NCBI GenBank assembly: GCA_964304625.1
Contig: OZ199840.1
Coordinates: 2,965,189 to 3,029,188, forward strand
DNA length: 64,000 nucleotides
Source: Kudoa neothunni
Taxonomy: Eukaryota > Animalia > Cnidaria
Reading direction: 5' to 3'
Part shown: in pieces, positions 27,801-40,114 of the stretch
Layout: every line of letters begins with the position of its first letter
Numbering within the stretch: the first letter of the stretch is position 1
Program-made: the position numbers and the translations under genes
The notes under the pieces: model-generated
Told to the model about the DNA's origin: nothing
Seen by the model: the letters and a program-made list of their open reading frames with translations, nothing else
The model's database searches: none

Positions 27801-30411
27801 ACGTTTATATTACATGATGCTAGACTCAGAAAATGTGAGTTTACTTATTGAACAATGTAAATAGAGCAAACAAAGTGTTGAATTTTTGTTCTTTAAATTT
27901 TCAAACAATTTTTACATAGAAGATTAGGTTAAAAATAGCTTAATTCAAATAAGAAATCGGATTTTAAATATCTTTCTAACGGAGGAGATGTTCGTTACCA
28001 TGATAATAGCCACTACCTTAAAGCATTAATTGTAGTACTTGATTCTATGAGAAGCTCTTTTTGTGAAGATTTTCCGATAGCTGTGACTAAAATTCTGTAT
28101 GTATTCGCTGCTTCATACTCGGGGAAATTAATGGAACTGCAAAGGGGATTCGATGAACATGTGTTTGTGCTGTCTGCGGCACCAGCAATCTGTGTATCTG
28201 AATTATCTGGAACTGAAGATTTCTCTGCTGGCATTAGACCATCATCTGCTCCCGTCGGTACAGCAATTCTAGCTATGTTGAGATCTACGGAACCTAATCT
28301 GGAAGTAGGAACTAAAGCGGGTGTTGGTGCTACTGGGGCGGTAACAGGTGCCGTCACTTTCGGAACCTCTGGACATGTGTAATAGTCTGTGTAATCGTTA
28401 CCAGTCTTCTTTTGTACGACATAACTGCATGTTGCACTTGGATCCACGGAATTTAATCGTGCCCTCAATGACAAACCATCCAAGGTGATCTTGTATGTTA
28501 TCGTTAATGTTGTCAATGCTATTAAAAATTTAAAGAGTAAATCGTAACTTCAATAACTTGTTTGTATATTCGTGTAATCTTTTACGCCGTAATCCTTATG
28601 TGCGATTACTCTGATGTCATAAGGTGTATTTGGCTCAAGGTCTCTTATTGTAACTTGTTCACTGCAAATCCCTCTACACGGAATTTTGCCATTGCACTTC
28701 GCGTGGAAAAAGCTATCTAATCCAGTCGGACTTATTAAATACTCACATGTAGGTTCATTGTTCCGGTTTGCAGGTAAACTTGCGGCAATAGCTGTAAGAG
28801 AGACTGTCGTGTCTGTCTTCGTTGGTGCTGTAGTTCCATATGCTTTACCATCTCCAATTTCTTTATAATACATTATTTTATGAAATAAATATAATGATTT
28901 ACTTGTTCTTATGAATATATTTTCAGTAAAATCATTTGGATTGCTAATTCCTTCGAATGCGATCTGAATCATGTATGCCTTTCCCGCTTCAAATCCTACA
29001 ATCACCAATTTTGTGCAATCAGTGTTGCACTTATTACTCGTGGTGCTGCTCTCGTTACATGTTGTTTCTTCTGGAGATGTTGGTTTGATATTGTCCGCCG
29101 AGTAGGGTTTAAGAGTGCATTTATTAATTTGTAGAGCAGTATCTTTTTTAAATACGGCACCGTCCAATGACACTCCCTGACGCGTGTACTCCGACAGAAA
29201 TCCATCAGTTGATTCAGTAATTGCTAAAGGAATAATAAATAACGCGTGTGAATACAAGGATTACCAAATTTAGTTTGTTCGTAAACTTTCAATATACCAC
29301 TAGTTGCTTTTGTGTCATGATGTCGTGTTTGGATTAAAATGTTATAAATCTTTTTTCCCGCAATGCCGTTCAATTCGACATACTTACAAGGGGCGTAACA
29401 ACTCTTGCCGGTTCCACCACAAACAGACGTGTGTTTTTGATCATTTCCTTCCCTCTGACCATTTTTAATACTGAACAGGCATATTTCAGACGATATAGTG
29501 TTGGTGAATTTAATTCCTACTTTGTCTTCAGTTTTTGTAACAATATAAAATTGTGGCTTGTATATTTCCATGTTTTCCTTCATATATTGATTGGGCATAT
29601 TGTAAAAGAAACTAGGATATTTTTCGCATCTTACTTCGTAATGCGGTAACAACAAATCAAAACCAACTGCATTTTTTGTATTTTCGTCATTACAATGCGT
29701 TCCCTTGGTACCATCTACATATTTGATATCTTTGTAATAAATGGGACAATCTACGCGTGCACATGTTTTGGCTCCCAGTTTCAGTTTATTTTGGTCGGTA
29801 CCGGTTGTAGGCGTAGACACGGCAATTTGTGGATTAGCTAACAATGCTAAACTTTATTGATTTTTATATTAAATAAAATGGATTTACGTATTGAGTATCC
29901 GAACACTTTAGATCCCACACCTTGAGTTTTATCTTTAACGTTATCTGTGGTAGCGCCTACATAGACGAATATGTATTTTGTTCTTGGTGATAGTTTATCG
30001 TATGTGATTGTATTTGCATCAGTATTACAATCTACAACACATTTATTAGGAGCTCTACTATTGTCAGTGGCAGTGCAGCCGTTGATGTCTACAAACGCAG
30101 CTGCTGTTCCAGCAACAGTATCTGCAATTTCTGCTTCGTTAGATCGTCTTATAAGGCATTTTTGGCCAGTTCCGTATAAAGATCCTCCAAGACTAATTTT
30201 AATTTCGTCTGTTTTACGAGCTGTAACTTTCAAAATTTGGTATTTCAGTGTTTTCGTTGGAGATGCATCTGTAGGTGCGGCTACAGCTGGAGAATTTTGA
30301 CTTACAGTAGCATTGACTGCGCTTGATATTAAAACACCTAAACTTACATTAGTATTAAATTTAACTCAGGGAGATACTTAAAACAAGGTAGACAAATCCA
30401 CCTAATTCCAT
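21894..30411 (-). CDS. uncharacterised ~868-aa type I membrane protein with six Cys4/FN3-like repeats (10 exons)
   Basis: Exons 30411-30378, 30337-29888, 29846-29265, 29223-28903, 28860-28558, 28518-28039, 22462-22142, 22097-22079, 22034-22017 and 21972-21894 join in frame through GT-AG introns (2607 nt); signal peptide MELGGFVYLVLSVLISSAVNA; C-terminal TM IIIIVCVAVVVVVAIVGIVVL followed by KKKSD. Confidence 0.8.
24683..25291 (+). mobile_element. non-autonomous Helitron nested in the MULE
   Basis: A|TCTAGTATATAAAG start; 3' hairpin GCCCACACGAAGCGGGGC followed by GCTAA|T. Confidence 0.6.
27740..27769 (+). mobile_element. Helitron 3' terminus (5' end unresolved) nested in the MULE
   Basis: Hairpin CCCTGAGCGTGAGTCAGGG followed by GCGCTAG|T. 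Confidence 0.55.
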
Positions 30412-31362
30412 GATTGGCAATTAAATGACTTACCAATTGATGGCTCGGAATACAATTGATCCGAATTTCACTCAATTGTGGATATAATGATTCATTCATT
30501 ATCTGATGGCAATACTTAGACTAGATAATAATTATTCAAGTTGTTAAAAAATTAATCGCAAACAATTTTTTATCATCTAGCTCATATCGATATGATAAAT
30601 TAATTAGAACTTTAATGGAACTAAAAATTTTTCCACATTACATTGTTTTTAGGGTAATATCGAAATAAAATGTTAAGCTTTTGAAAAATAATGGTAATGT
30701 TGTATTTACCGGCTACCAAAATTCGACATGATGTCGTGATTTTTTCGACAATATAGTTCATTCACTCTAAAAAGTTGTAGCTTACGAAAATAGATCAACT
30801 TTTGTTGTTTCTAGTGTTTCCTAAATTATTTGCCATAATCCCCTGTGTGATATTCCTCTATTTTACAATACTACTTTAGGTGCTGTTTTCCAGTTTAACA
30901 TATTTAAATAAACGTTCTTGTCAACTTATTCTATTTAATTACTAATAAATAATTTTTTAAATGTGCGGTATCTATTCCTTTGCAGATTTAATCAATAAAA
31001 AATGAATCACTTTATTATAGAATTCTCGACAAAATAGGGAAACGAATGATAAAAACGTTTAAAAATAATTAGCGGCAGTAATTATGTTTTTTAACTTATA
31101 ATTTTTGTATAGACAATTTTCTGTCAAAAAGTAAATAATATTTTATTTTTTACGAAATGAGATAAGCACATAATCTCATATTAGTTGATAATTTCTATAT
31201 CTTGTGAAAAATTCTTTGTTCATCCCCTTCAAAATGGGTTTGGTTGACCCAAAAAGTAAAAAATCATTGCAATGATAAAAGAACTGTTTCACAAAACGCT
31301 CCAAAATATAATTTGGGCGTAATCAAAACAATTAGTATAGAGTTAATAAAATTATCGTTATA

Positions 31363-33301
31363 CTAATGCTAATGCTAAGCTTTGCCCGGTACTGTGTGGT
31401 GGAAAATTTTAACTTTTAGTTTTGTTTTTGAATGGAGAAATTTTACGGAAGATTTAATCTAAGTAACACGTTAAACATAGTAAATTTTCTTTTTCTTTTT
31501 AATTGATGCGTTTTAAAACTTATTATTTTTGCAATGTGACGATCTAGATATACAAAATTATGCAAACGTATTCCATTCAAATATAAATAGAGATGTGGAG
31601 AGTAATTATTGAGAAATTTTAAGTTAATTTTACAAAGTATTGACCAAAAATATAATCACCTCAATTTTATGAGCGATGTAATTAAGAGTTAAAATTGATT
31701 TATTAAATCAAATCATTAGGTAATTTAATAGGACTTTCAGTTCTTTTCAAAATTGTGCGATAAGAATTAATACTTCTGGTTATTAAATGTATTATTAGTC
31801 TACAAACGATAAGAAAACAAATAATATTGACTTAAGATGCGTCAGAAATAAAAATCTTAATTGTTACTCCTTTCTTGTAATTTTATAAAGGGTGTTAATG
31901 AGGTTTTAATAATCTGTGAGTGGTAACTTACGTATGCACTATTTTAACATAATTTTCCGATTTTTAAATAAATGTAACCTTTCTTTTGAACAAAAATACT
32001 TATTGGTTCAAAAATACACACATTTAATTAACGAAATACGATTAAATCTAAAATGTGAAAGTGTTATTGGTTTGAAAAATTACAGTAATGCTTAAATATC
32101 AACTGGTTTTCTCGAAGGAGGGCATCCTTTTAAAAATAGACGTACTGTTTTATTTTCTAAAATGATTTCTTTGTATTGAACTACTCTTAGATTAACGAAA
32201 ACTTCGTGAAAATATCGGTTAGATCGAATAGACCGATAATTTCTTATTAACTGACATGGCACGTATTGAGAGGGGACTGTATTTTGTGCAATAATAATCG
32301 TGAATGTAAATTCTTAAACTACGTATACAATGCGGTGTCGCATATTTTCATGCAGCTTTTATATCATAATGAATTGATGCGAGCCTATGGAAAACAGTAT
32401 ATTGATTTGAATATTAACCTTAAGATCTGAGGGTAAGGAATAATTAGGTTACTAAGAACTTAAACATTATTTAAAAAATTATCTCTTCAAATGTATAAAC
32501 TTATCGAATTAGTTATTCGAGCTGTTTTGCAAAGAAAGTTTAGGAAAACCAACAAATGAGTAAAAAGTTATCGAAAAGACGAATATAATTTCTATCTCAA
32601 TCGATATATTTGATAAAAATAAATTTTCACATCTCAGGAATTCTAATGGAGCATAATTTCCATTTAAGAAGTTATCACAAAAATTTAATTATTTGAAAAC
32701 TCTACACACATCTTACGTCGTTTTTAGGATGCTTATAGAAGTACCAAATTATTCCTTGATATCGACAACTTATAATCTCAAATTATATGTTTTATTTAAA
32801 ATTATCATAATATATTTTGCGTAATTATATTCATAAAGTTTTAAAAATGAAAATACATCCTAAATAATTTGATTACGCTTCAAATTTCAATGTCAATGTA
32901 ACAACTCCTGAAAATATGGCTTTAGTAGCTTTATCTTAAAATTACTCTAAACGGCATAGGTAACATTTTTGAAACATTCTATACCAAAATTAACAGATTT
33001 CCTTTGTATATAGTGAGTAAAAGTTCATTTTAATTGACTATCACTCCAAAGTAAACCAACAGCAATATTATTCAGGTACTTTTTAATCTGTTATTTGAGT
33101 TGGAAACCAGAAAATTCGTTACTTCTGACTACGATATTGATTACATTTATACTCCTAAGTAAATAAACTATTTATATTAATGATATCATCTATTCAAATG
33201 CAAACTAGAAGCTGTATTTAAAAAAGTTTCTCCGTGACACAAGCGTGCCGCTGCAAAAACACACACACTGACACACATAAGAATTTTATATATATAGTAG
33301 A
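31363..33301 (-). mobile_element. non-autonomous Helitron, family A copy 2
   Basis: Minus strand A|TCTACTATATATATAAAA ... CCGGGCAAAGCT ... CATTAG|T; long colinear similarity to 14484-16291 (shared block tttagtagcttta...aaaattactctaaacggcatag). Confidence 0.8.
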
Positions 33302-34362
33302 TTTTTGTATTTCAAATTCAAATCATTTTGAACTAAAAAATTATATGAACTAAAACTTTACATTCAGGGTAGAGTCACATATTTATTTTCCTTATTTCAA
33401 ATTTCAATCTATAACTAATACAAAAAATTACCAAATTAATAATTGAAGCACGCGCAAATACACATGCGGATATTTTGCACTAAAAATATTAATATATCCA
33501 GTTCATTGACAAACTATGATTTCTGCGGACTTTCATCTAACGAAGAACTTTGTTTGATCTAATTATTGGCCAAAAAAGTCAAGAAAAATGTCAAAACATC
33601 TGATCTATTCTCAGTTATATTTATTTTATTTACATTTGTTTTCCTGTTAAAGTATATCTCGTTTTTTTCTTTTTAATATAATTTTAGTAAAAAATTTTTT
33701 TCCAATTAAAAATAAATCCATTATAAAATATCTTTTTTGAGAAGAGGCGCGGAGTTCTCCTTATAAGTGGTAGGGGTATGGAAACTAAAATGAATCCGTA
33801 GGTACTGCTCTAGGAGAAAGGAGGCATCATTTAATAAATATGAATAGATGTTAAAAATAGGTTATACCACACATTCTTATTAAATAATCAAAATTAAATT
33901 TATTATTTTGCGATTATATAGAAACATTGATGTAAATTTAAATAATTAAATAAAAAAATAGAGCATATAAGTTACCTAATAGAATCAACTCTTAATAATT
34001 TTTTGAGATGTCTTAAATGAATAAAAATTTCTGCCTGACTCCGTAATTTAAATGTGGAATTCACTTTCTCATAGATAGAGGTTGTAATGGACGTTTGAAA
34101 TTCATAATAGAAAGATTCCACTATGAGTTAGGAAAGATTGATTAAAAAGTTTGAAAAGTGACGATTGCTTAAGTGTCTGATATATTAACTCCGTAAATTG
34201 TTTAATTCCTTTAATTTAACCAAAAAGTCACTTCATTCATAATTTCTGTATTATAATCCTCAAATCTACCCTCATAACTTTACGAATATATTAAAACATG
34301 AAAATATAATCAGTATTCTATAAGATCTTTGATCCAATTAAGCTATATTTATAGTTGGCTGT

Positions 34363-35820
34363 ACAGTGCAGCAGGGCTCGTACGTAATCGTCACTTTTTA
34401 TACACTAAACTAAATTTGAAATTTGTATTTCTTATTTATAATGAAAAAATACTTTCGACTACCAAATAAATAGAAAAAAAAATTTCGTTCGCTATGGAAA
34501 AAAATAAATCAAAAAAATGGCTCGTACGTAATGGAAATTGTACCTAAAAGTACATCTAGCATGCTTTGTGCGTAATCGTGGAAATAATAAAATTCAACTA
34601 ACCGAAAAAGTACAATGGCTTTTCTGTGAAATATAAAATAATTCGATATTATGATTCAATACACGAGTTAAGAAACTTAAAAAATGGCTATGGGTAAGTA
34701 TCACTTGAAAAGACTGTCAGCATTGAATGAGATTCTAATAAGGGATATGATTTTAAAATCAGGAGGTTTAGAAATTTTGAAAAATCATCGAAAAAATTTA
34801 AATAAGACTTCAATCATGATGTTGAGAATGAAATATATAAATGGATATTTTAAGTAAGAGTGAGTGGTGGTACATTTACACTGATAATATCATTATAATG
34901 GCGGGAAGATTCACTCCAAAGGAATGTAGCAATAATAGCGACCATTTAAACTATAGAAGATTTATAGGCCAGGTTAAATGAAAATATTTTATATTTCATG
35001 TTGAGGCTGGAAGCTTTCCTGCTGGAACAGTCTCAGAATGGAATGAGAAACTTCATGATGTTCTTGAAAAGTGAGGACTTTAGAATGTTTTAAAAATATA
35101 TTTAAAAAATAATTAAGTGTGTGAAAAACAATGAAACAAATAATAACAACACATCTGATGAGGATTAATCGGAAATTATGAATCCATCTATTTAATTTAA
35201 TCAAGCTATTAAATATTAAGTAAATCTATTTAGGTTATTAGGACAAAGAAATTTGACCCGAGTTGAAGGCATTTTTAGCTTCGAAAAGGAGGTTCACAGT
35301 ATTATAATCGATTCAAGAACGACCCCAAAAATTTGATTTTTTTAAATATTTATAAAATTGGATAACGTGAATTCGTATTGAGATACTTACAGTCGAATTA
35401 ATGAGAAACAATAAAAATACATTTTATTGCATAAGAATAGTTGTTACTATTAATTTTTATTTTTCGCAATTTTATAATTCCTTTAGAATTTGTCTAGATC
35501 ACGAATAAAATATCAATTCGCTCTATTTATTTAACTTTAAAATTATTATATCAATATAAAAATAGACGCAATAATGCCAAAATTTATTTTAATTCATTTA
35601 AGTATGCATAAAGCAATGATCAAAGTAGAATAAAAATTTCCGGCAAACATCAGTGCGCATGCTCATCAAAGGCTCGTACGTAAAGTAGTGATTCTACGCA
35701 CTAAGGATCCATTCCCGGACTCAATGCGTTCAAGCATGTTGGATTGTATTTAATATAACGGGTGGCTTCGTAATAAATGCGTGAAGCACCACGCGCGCGC
35801 AATGAACTACGGTGCATAGA
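34363..35820. repeat. probable decayed DNA transposon with repeated GGCTCGTACGTAA motif
   Basis: GGCTCGTACGTAA occurs near 34375, 34519 and 35671; termini not confidently resolved. Confidence 0.3.
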
Positions 35821-36152
35821 ATATTAATAAATAATTCACACTTGTTAAAAATAAATTCAATAAAAAATGAACTTACAAATTATTAACTAATATATTAAAA
35901 ATTAATTTTTAACAAGTTTGAAAATATTTCTTGCTCAAACCGCAATTATGACCGCATTAATATATTACAATATTCTTTTTGAACGATATCAAAGTATTTA
36001 TTTATCCCGAAGTATGAAAATTCCCACAGACACATTGAAATCCCGCCTATTCATATGATTTCGTATGCCTTCGTGGGATTATCGATAATTTTTCTCTCCA
36101 CTACTTAAGGGATTTCAATAGTTTTCTATTGATTCCAGTTTATTGAAAGTTA

Positions 36153-38238
36153 ATGGCTAATTCATCTGATAATGAATTCGAATTTAGACCATGCAAACAA
36201 ATAGATGGAGATAATTTTGAGTTTGGATCAACAGCGGATCAACTTGAGAGAAAGTTTATTTTCTTTCTGTATTAAATGAAAATAATTTAAACTATTGTAT
36301 AATAGTTTATCGTTGAAAGAGGAAGAGATTTTGAAAGTTAAAACGGCGATCAAAGATGAGATATTAAAATGCATCAAAGGCAGTGTATATCGTAGTTGCA
36401 TCCATGACCAATATCACCATGCAACCAATTCGAACGCTGAGGAATGTATGAATGAATTAACAATGTTAGAGCCTAATAAAAAAGTATTTTCAGGTCGACA
36501 TAATTAACGCATGAATTGTTTATTTAGATCGATGAAATCTCGATCGATAATATTCAAGAGTAGCTATAATAATAATAATTCTATCCGAAATTGATAGTAA
36601 TTGTGTTATTATAGTGACATGAAAAACAATAAGGATGTGGTTGCTGAAATGCCGAACGAATTCAAACTCGATAAAAAAGACGAATCCCCCATATTGACCA
36701 ACGATCAAGCGCCTACTCCAAGCACTCCGCTCGAACCACCTCCAACAATTCAAAAAGGAACTTTTCATATCTCCTCGAATGGTGAACGCATTGTATCGAT
36801 AAACCTGACCGATACACAAAAATCGGAACTTCACGAAAAGATGAAGTATATGCTCGATGAGGAGGATATTTCATATATGAAAATGATCCACGAACACCTC
36901 ACGTTGCCAAATCTCGACAGTAATTATATCGTGCAAAAAGCTAACGAATGGAATTTACCAACTGAGGAAGTCCAATCTTGCTCAGATGTCTTTCGACAAT
37001 TTGAATGGGTTGATAAAGACATGCCTAATTTAGTGAAAACTGGTACCAACTGCGTATTGATTTTTTAATCATTAATAATTCCGATTGCAGAGGATTTTCT
37101 CAGAGAAAATTATGTGGAAATGTTGTTTGAAGCGTGGCTGTCAGATGAGACCAAGAATAAATGTAAAAATATAGCCTATAAAATATAAAAAATTAGATTA
37201 TTTTTTAACCGTGCTTGGTGGTTAGCATAATTCAAACAAGAATTTTTTATAGTGAAACAATGTTCCCAATTCTCACCCACGCTAATGACAGACACTGAGA
37301 GAATTTTGTATTCGTTTTTATGTAAGAGTTCAAACGCCAAATTACTGTCAAATATTAATGGCGTAAATAAAAAATGTAATCGTTTAAAATCATACAACGA
37401 ACTTCGAGAAGAAAAAAAATTAAGATCCGCTAATAACAGCTACAGGAATGAAGCTGCGAATCAAATAGTAAAGTTTCTACTAGCTCAACGTTCAACACTC
37501 AAGTCGAACTCAATGGTAACAGCGAACAATGTATTCACACAGTTGACCTCGTATCGAATGAACAAAAGTAAAACACGTAAATCCGGTAAAACCAACTATC
37601 AAGACGATCACAGTGTTAAAAGCAGATATTATAATATGAAAGTATGTGTGAGTTTGCATGCTTATGATTGATTTATCTATAAGTATACACGTATGCATAA
37701 TGATGACGTTATAGGCAGTCAAAACCAGTTTAGTCTTTTCCAAATCAACCATTCATAATTGGGGATTGTTTGCTACTGAGAAAATACCCAAAAATGAAAT
37801 GATTGTCGAATACACCGGCGAGAAAATTAGAAACTCTGTTGCTGACCATCGCGAACGTTGCAGTGGTCCTGATGCTAGTTCGTACTTTTTCAGGCTGGAC
37901 TCGGAGTGGGTTATTGACGCGACCAACTGTGGAAACTATGCTCGGTTCATCAATCATAGTTGCGATGTATTTTTTTGTTTGAGTCAATTTCTACATTGCT
38001 ATCATTATCGTTATCCTCTCATTTATTATTATTATTATTATTATAAATTGTACTATTTGTTTAGCCAAATTGTTATGCTGAAATTGTGGAAATCGATAAC
38101 GAAGGAAAAATAATCATTTTTTCCAAACGAGAAATTCAAGCCGGAGAAGAGCTCACCTATGATTATAATTTTCCGTTGGAAGATGAAAAAATTCCCTGCT
38201 GTTGTGGCTCAACAAATTGTAGAGGGAGTCTCAACTAG
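36153..38238 (+). CDS. SETD1: SETD1/Set1-type histone H3K4 methyltransferase, short form (~541 aa, 8 exons)
   Basis: n-SET-like [10 protein letters not shown]; [46 protein letters not shown]; post-[19 protein letters not shown]. Exons 36153-36253, 36306-36483, 36528-36559, 36615-37042, 37091-37162, 37253-37641, 37715-37966 and 38065-38238 join in frame. Confidence 0.88.
38023..38045. repeat. (TAT)n microsatellite in the last SETD1 intron
   Basis: Run of ttattattattattattattata. Confidence 0.8.
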
Positions 38239-38882
38239 ATTTCTTATTTTTTTATTTGTAATTTTATATATTTGAACAAGGTGTTTGATGTCTGATTATC
38301 GGTTAAACTTTATATCGGCGAATTTTATAATTATTAACTTCTTAATAATTTCGATGTTTACTGTTTACTTTATGCGCAAAATTTAATAATCGGTTTTTTT
38401 GGATGTTACAGCTTTTTTAAATACATTACTCGTCCTTATTGATATAGAAAACTGAATGTATTTAAATATTTAATAAATTTTACTCCACTTAAGACCTTTT
38501 AGTCACGCGACGATAGTTGGTCTAAAAAGTATCATTTTATTTCTATAAATTACATGTTTTATGCTAAAACTATAAAGTTCAACTAAAAATTGAATAAATT
38601 TAAAAATTACGAACAATCAATGTTAATGTAATTAATATTTTATAATAAATTGTGATTCTGAATTTTATCAAACAAGTAAGCCATGAGAAAAATCGTTGAG
38701 AAACTGCTGTATCTCTTCGGAGGCATTGGCTTTGTAATGACGGCGATAAATTTATCGACTAATACATCCTTGTTTCTTCGAAAAACGAATTAAATGTATT
38801 TCCAACTTTTGTTGTTATCTATATTTTTTCGAACAAACGTCTGGAAAGCCACGTAAATAATGAAAAACCTTCGTCGAATTAA

Positions 38883-39870
38883 CCTTCTAAGTCTAAGGTA
38901 CACAAAACGACTACACTTCGACTAACTTGGGGTCTTTTGGATCCCAGCTTTTTATTTTACGATAGTTAATAAAAAATATTTCAAAACGCCATATGAACTT
39001 TTAGAAATTTCTACCAACAGAATTTTGAGAAAAATGTAATTCATTGGGCCAGTTAATCCTACAAAATCCTATTCGGTAGGCTTATATAACTTTTCGTTTA
39101 AATAAATCAACAATCTTTCATATTATAGAAAAAGAAATAAACATAAAAAAAATTTTTTTTGAATATGGCTGTCAATAGATTTCTATTTTGAACACTGATT
39201 ATACTTACTCGAATAGTGAAATCGACCTAAACTATCCTCACAACTAATGAATCGAGTGTTTATTATTTATCATTTCGGTGAGTAAACATTTGCAGAATAC
39301 TTTCTTAAAGTTTGATTCCATTATTTCGATTTCTTAGGAACAATATGAAGCGGGTGTTTTAGTTACATTCTGATCCTTTGATTGTTAACAAGTAATGATG
39401 GGTAGAAACATAATAAATATTATACTATTTAATTTTAAACACCAAACATTGATTAAAAGCCTAAGAATTTGCATTCTGAACATGCAACATCTATCACGCT
39501 TGATTTTATCGTCGAGCGAGCTTGTATGAAGTGTTATATTAGCTTGCCAAATTAATTTGTCCATGAATCATCCTTTTCTTAAAATTCGGTTGTAGAAATT
39601 TCCTAAAATTTGTGTGGCATTTTTAAATATTTTTTTATTAACTATCGTAAAATAAAAACCTGGGGTCCAAAAGATCCCAAGTTCGTTGGGGCGTAGTTTT
39701 TTATTACAATTCGAAATTTGGTTAATTTTTTTTCAAAATTTAATAAATTATAATATAACGTAATTTCATTGAAACTACACGAATTTCAAGTGTTTCAAAA
39801 GAATAGGTAACATATTATAATCAATTGAAAACTACTATGGGGTCCAAAAGACTCCAAATCCGTTAGAGGG
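38883..39870. mobile_element. piggyBac-type MITE
   Basis: TTAA|CCTTCTAA ... TTAGAGGG|TTAA; subterminal GGGGTC-n-GA(T/C)(C/T)CC palindromes; internal inverted repeat ~38930-38980 vs ~39625-39680. Confidence 0.75.
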
Positions 39871-39910
39871 TTAAGGTGTCATTAGGCTTGACCTTATTTA
39901 ACCCTTAAAA

Positions 39911-40086
39911 GCCAATCTTTATATTATTTTATTGTTAAACTTGGTATGTTTTGTTTATTTTCATTAGAATTTCACCTACTTTTAAAAAAACTATTATCTA
40001 TCGACGGTTATAATATAATTAGTTAAGCCATTGGCGAAAGTACACCAAATAAACCAAATTTTACAATAAAATAATATAAAGGTGGC
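39911..40086. repeat. ~175-bp inverted-repeat element (MITE-like)
   Basis: gccaatctttatattattttattgttaaacttgg pairs with ccaaattttacaataaaataatataaaggtggc. Confidence 0.55.
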
Positions 40087-40114
40087 ACACTATTCGAATC
40101 ATTAGTATTTTATG

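Larger units (their letters stand above)
22514..28017. mobile_element. Mutator-like (MULE) non-autonomous element, 5.5 kb
   Basis: ~200-bp TIRs (22514-~22720 and ~27810-28017) starting with G; exact 9-bp TSD ttaaagcat at 22505-22513 and 28018-28026; no intact transposase seen. Confidence 0.85.

Noticed and set aside
35155-35185. CTGATGAG...GGAAA as a hammerhead
   Set aside because: Stem II lacks the closing R-Y pair, and no stem I/III with UH was found
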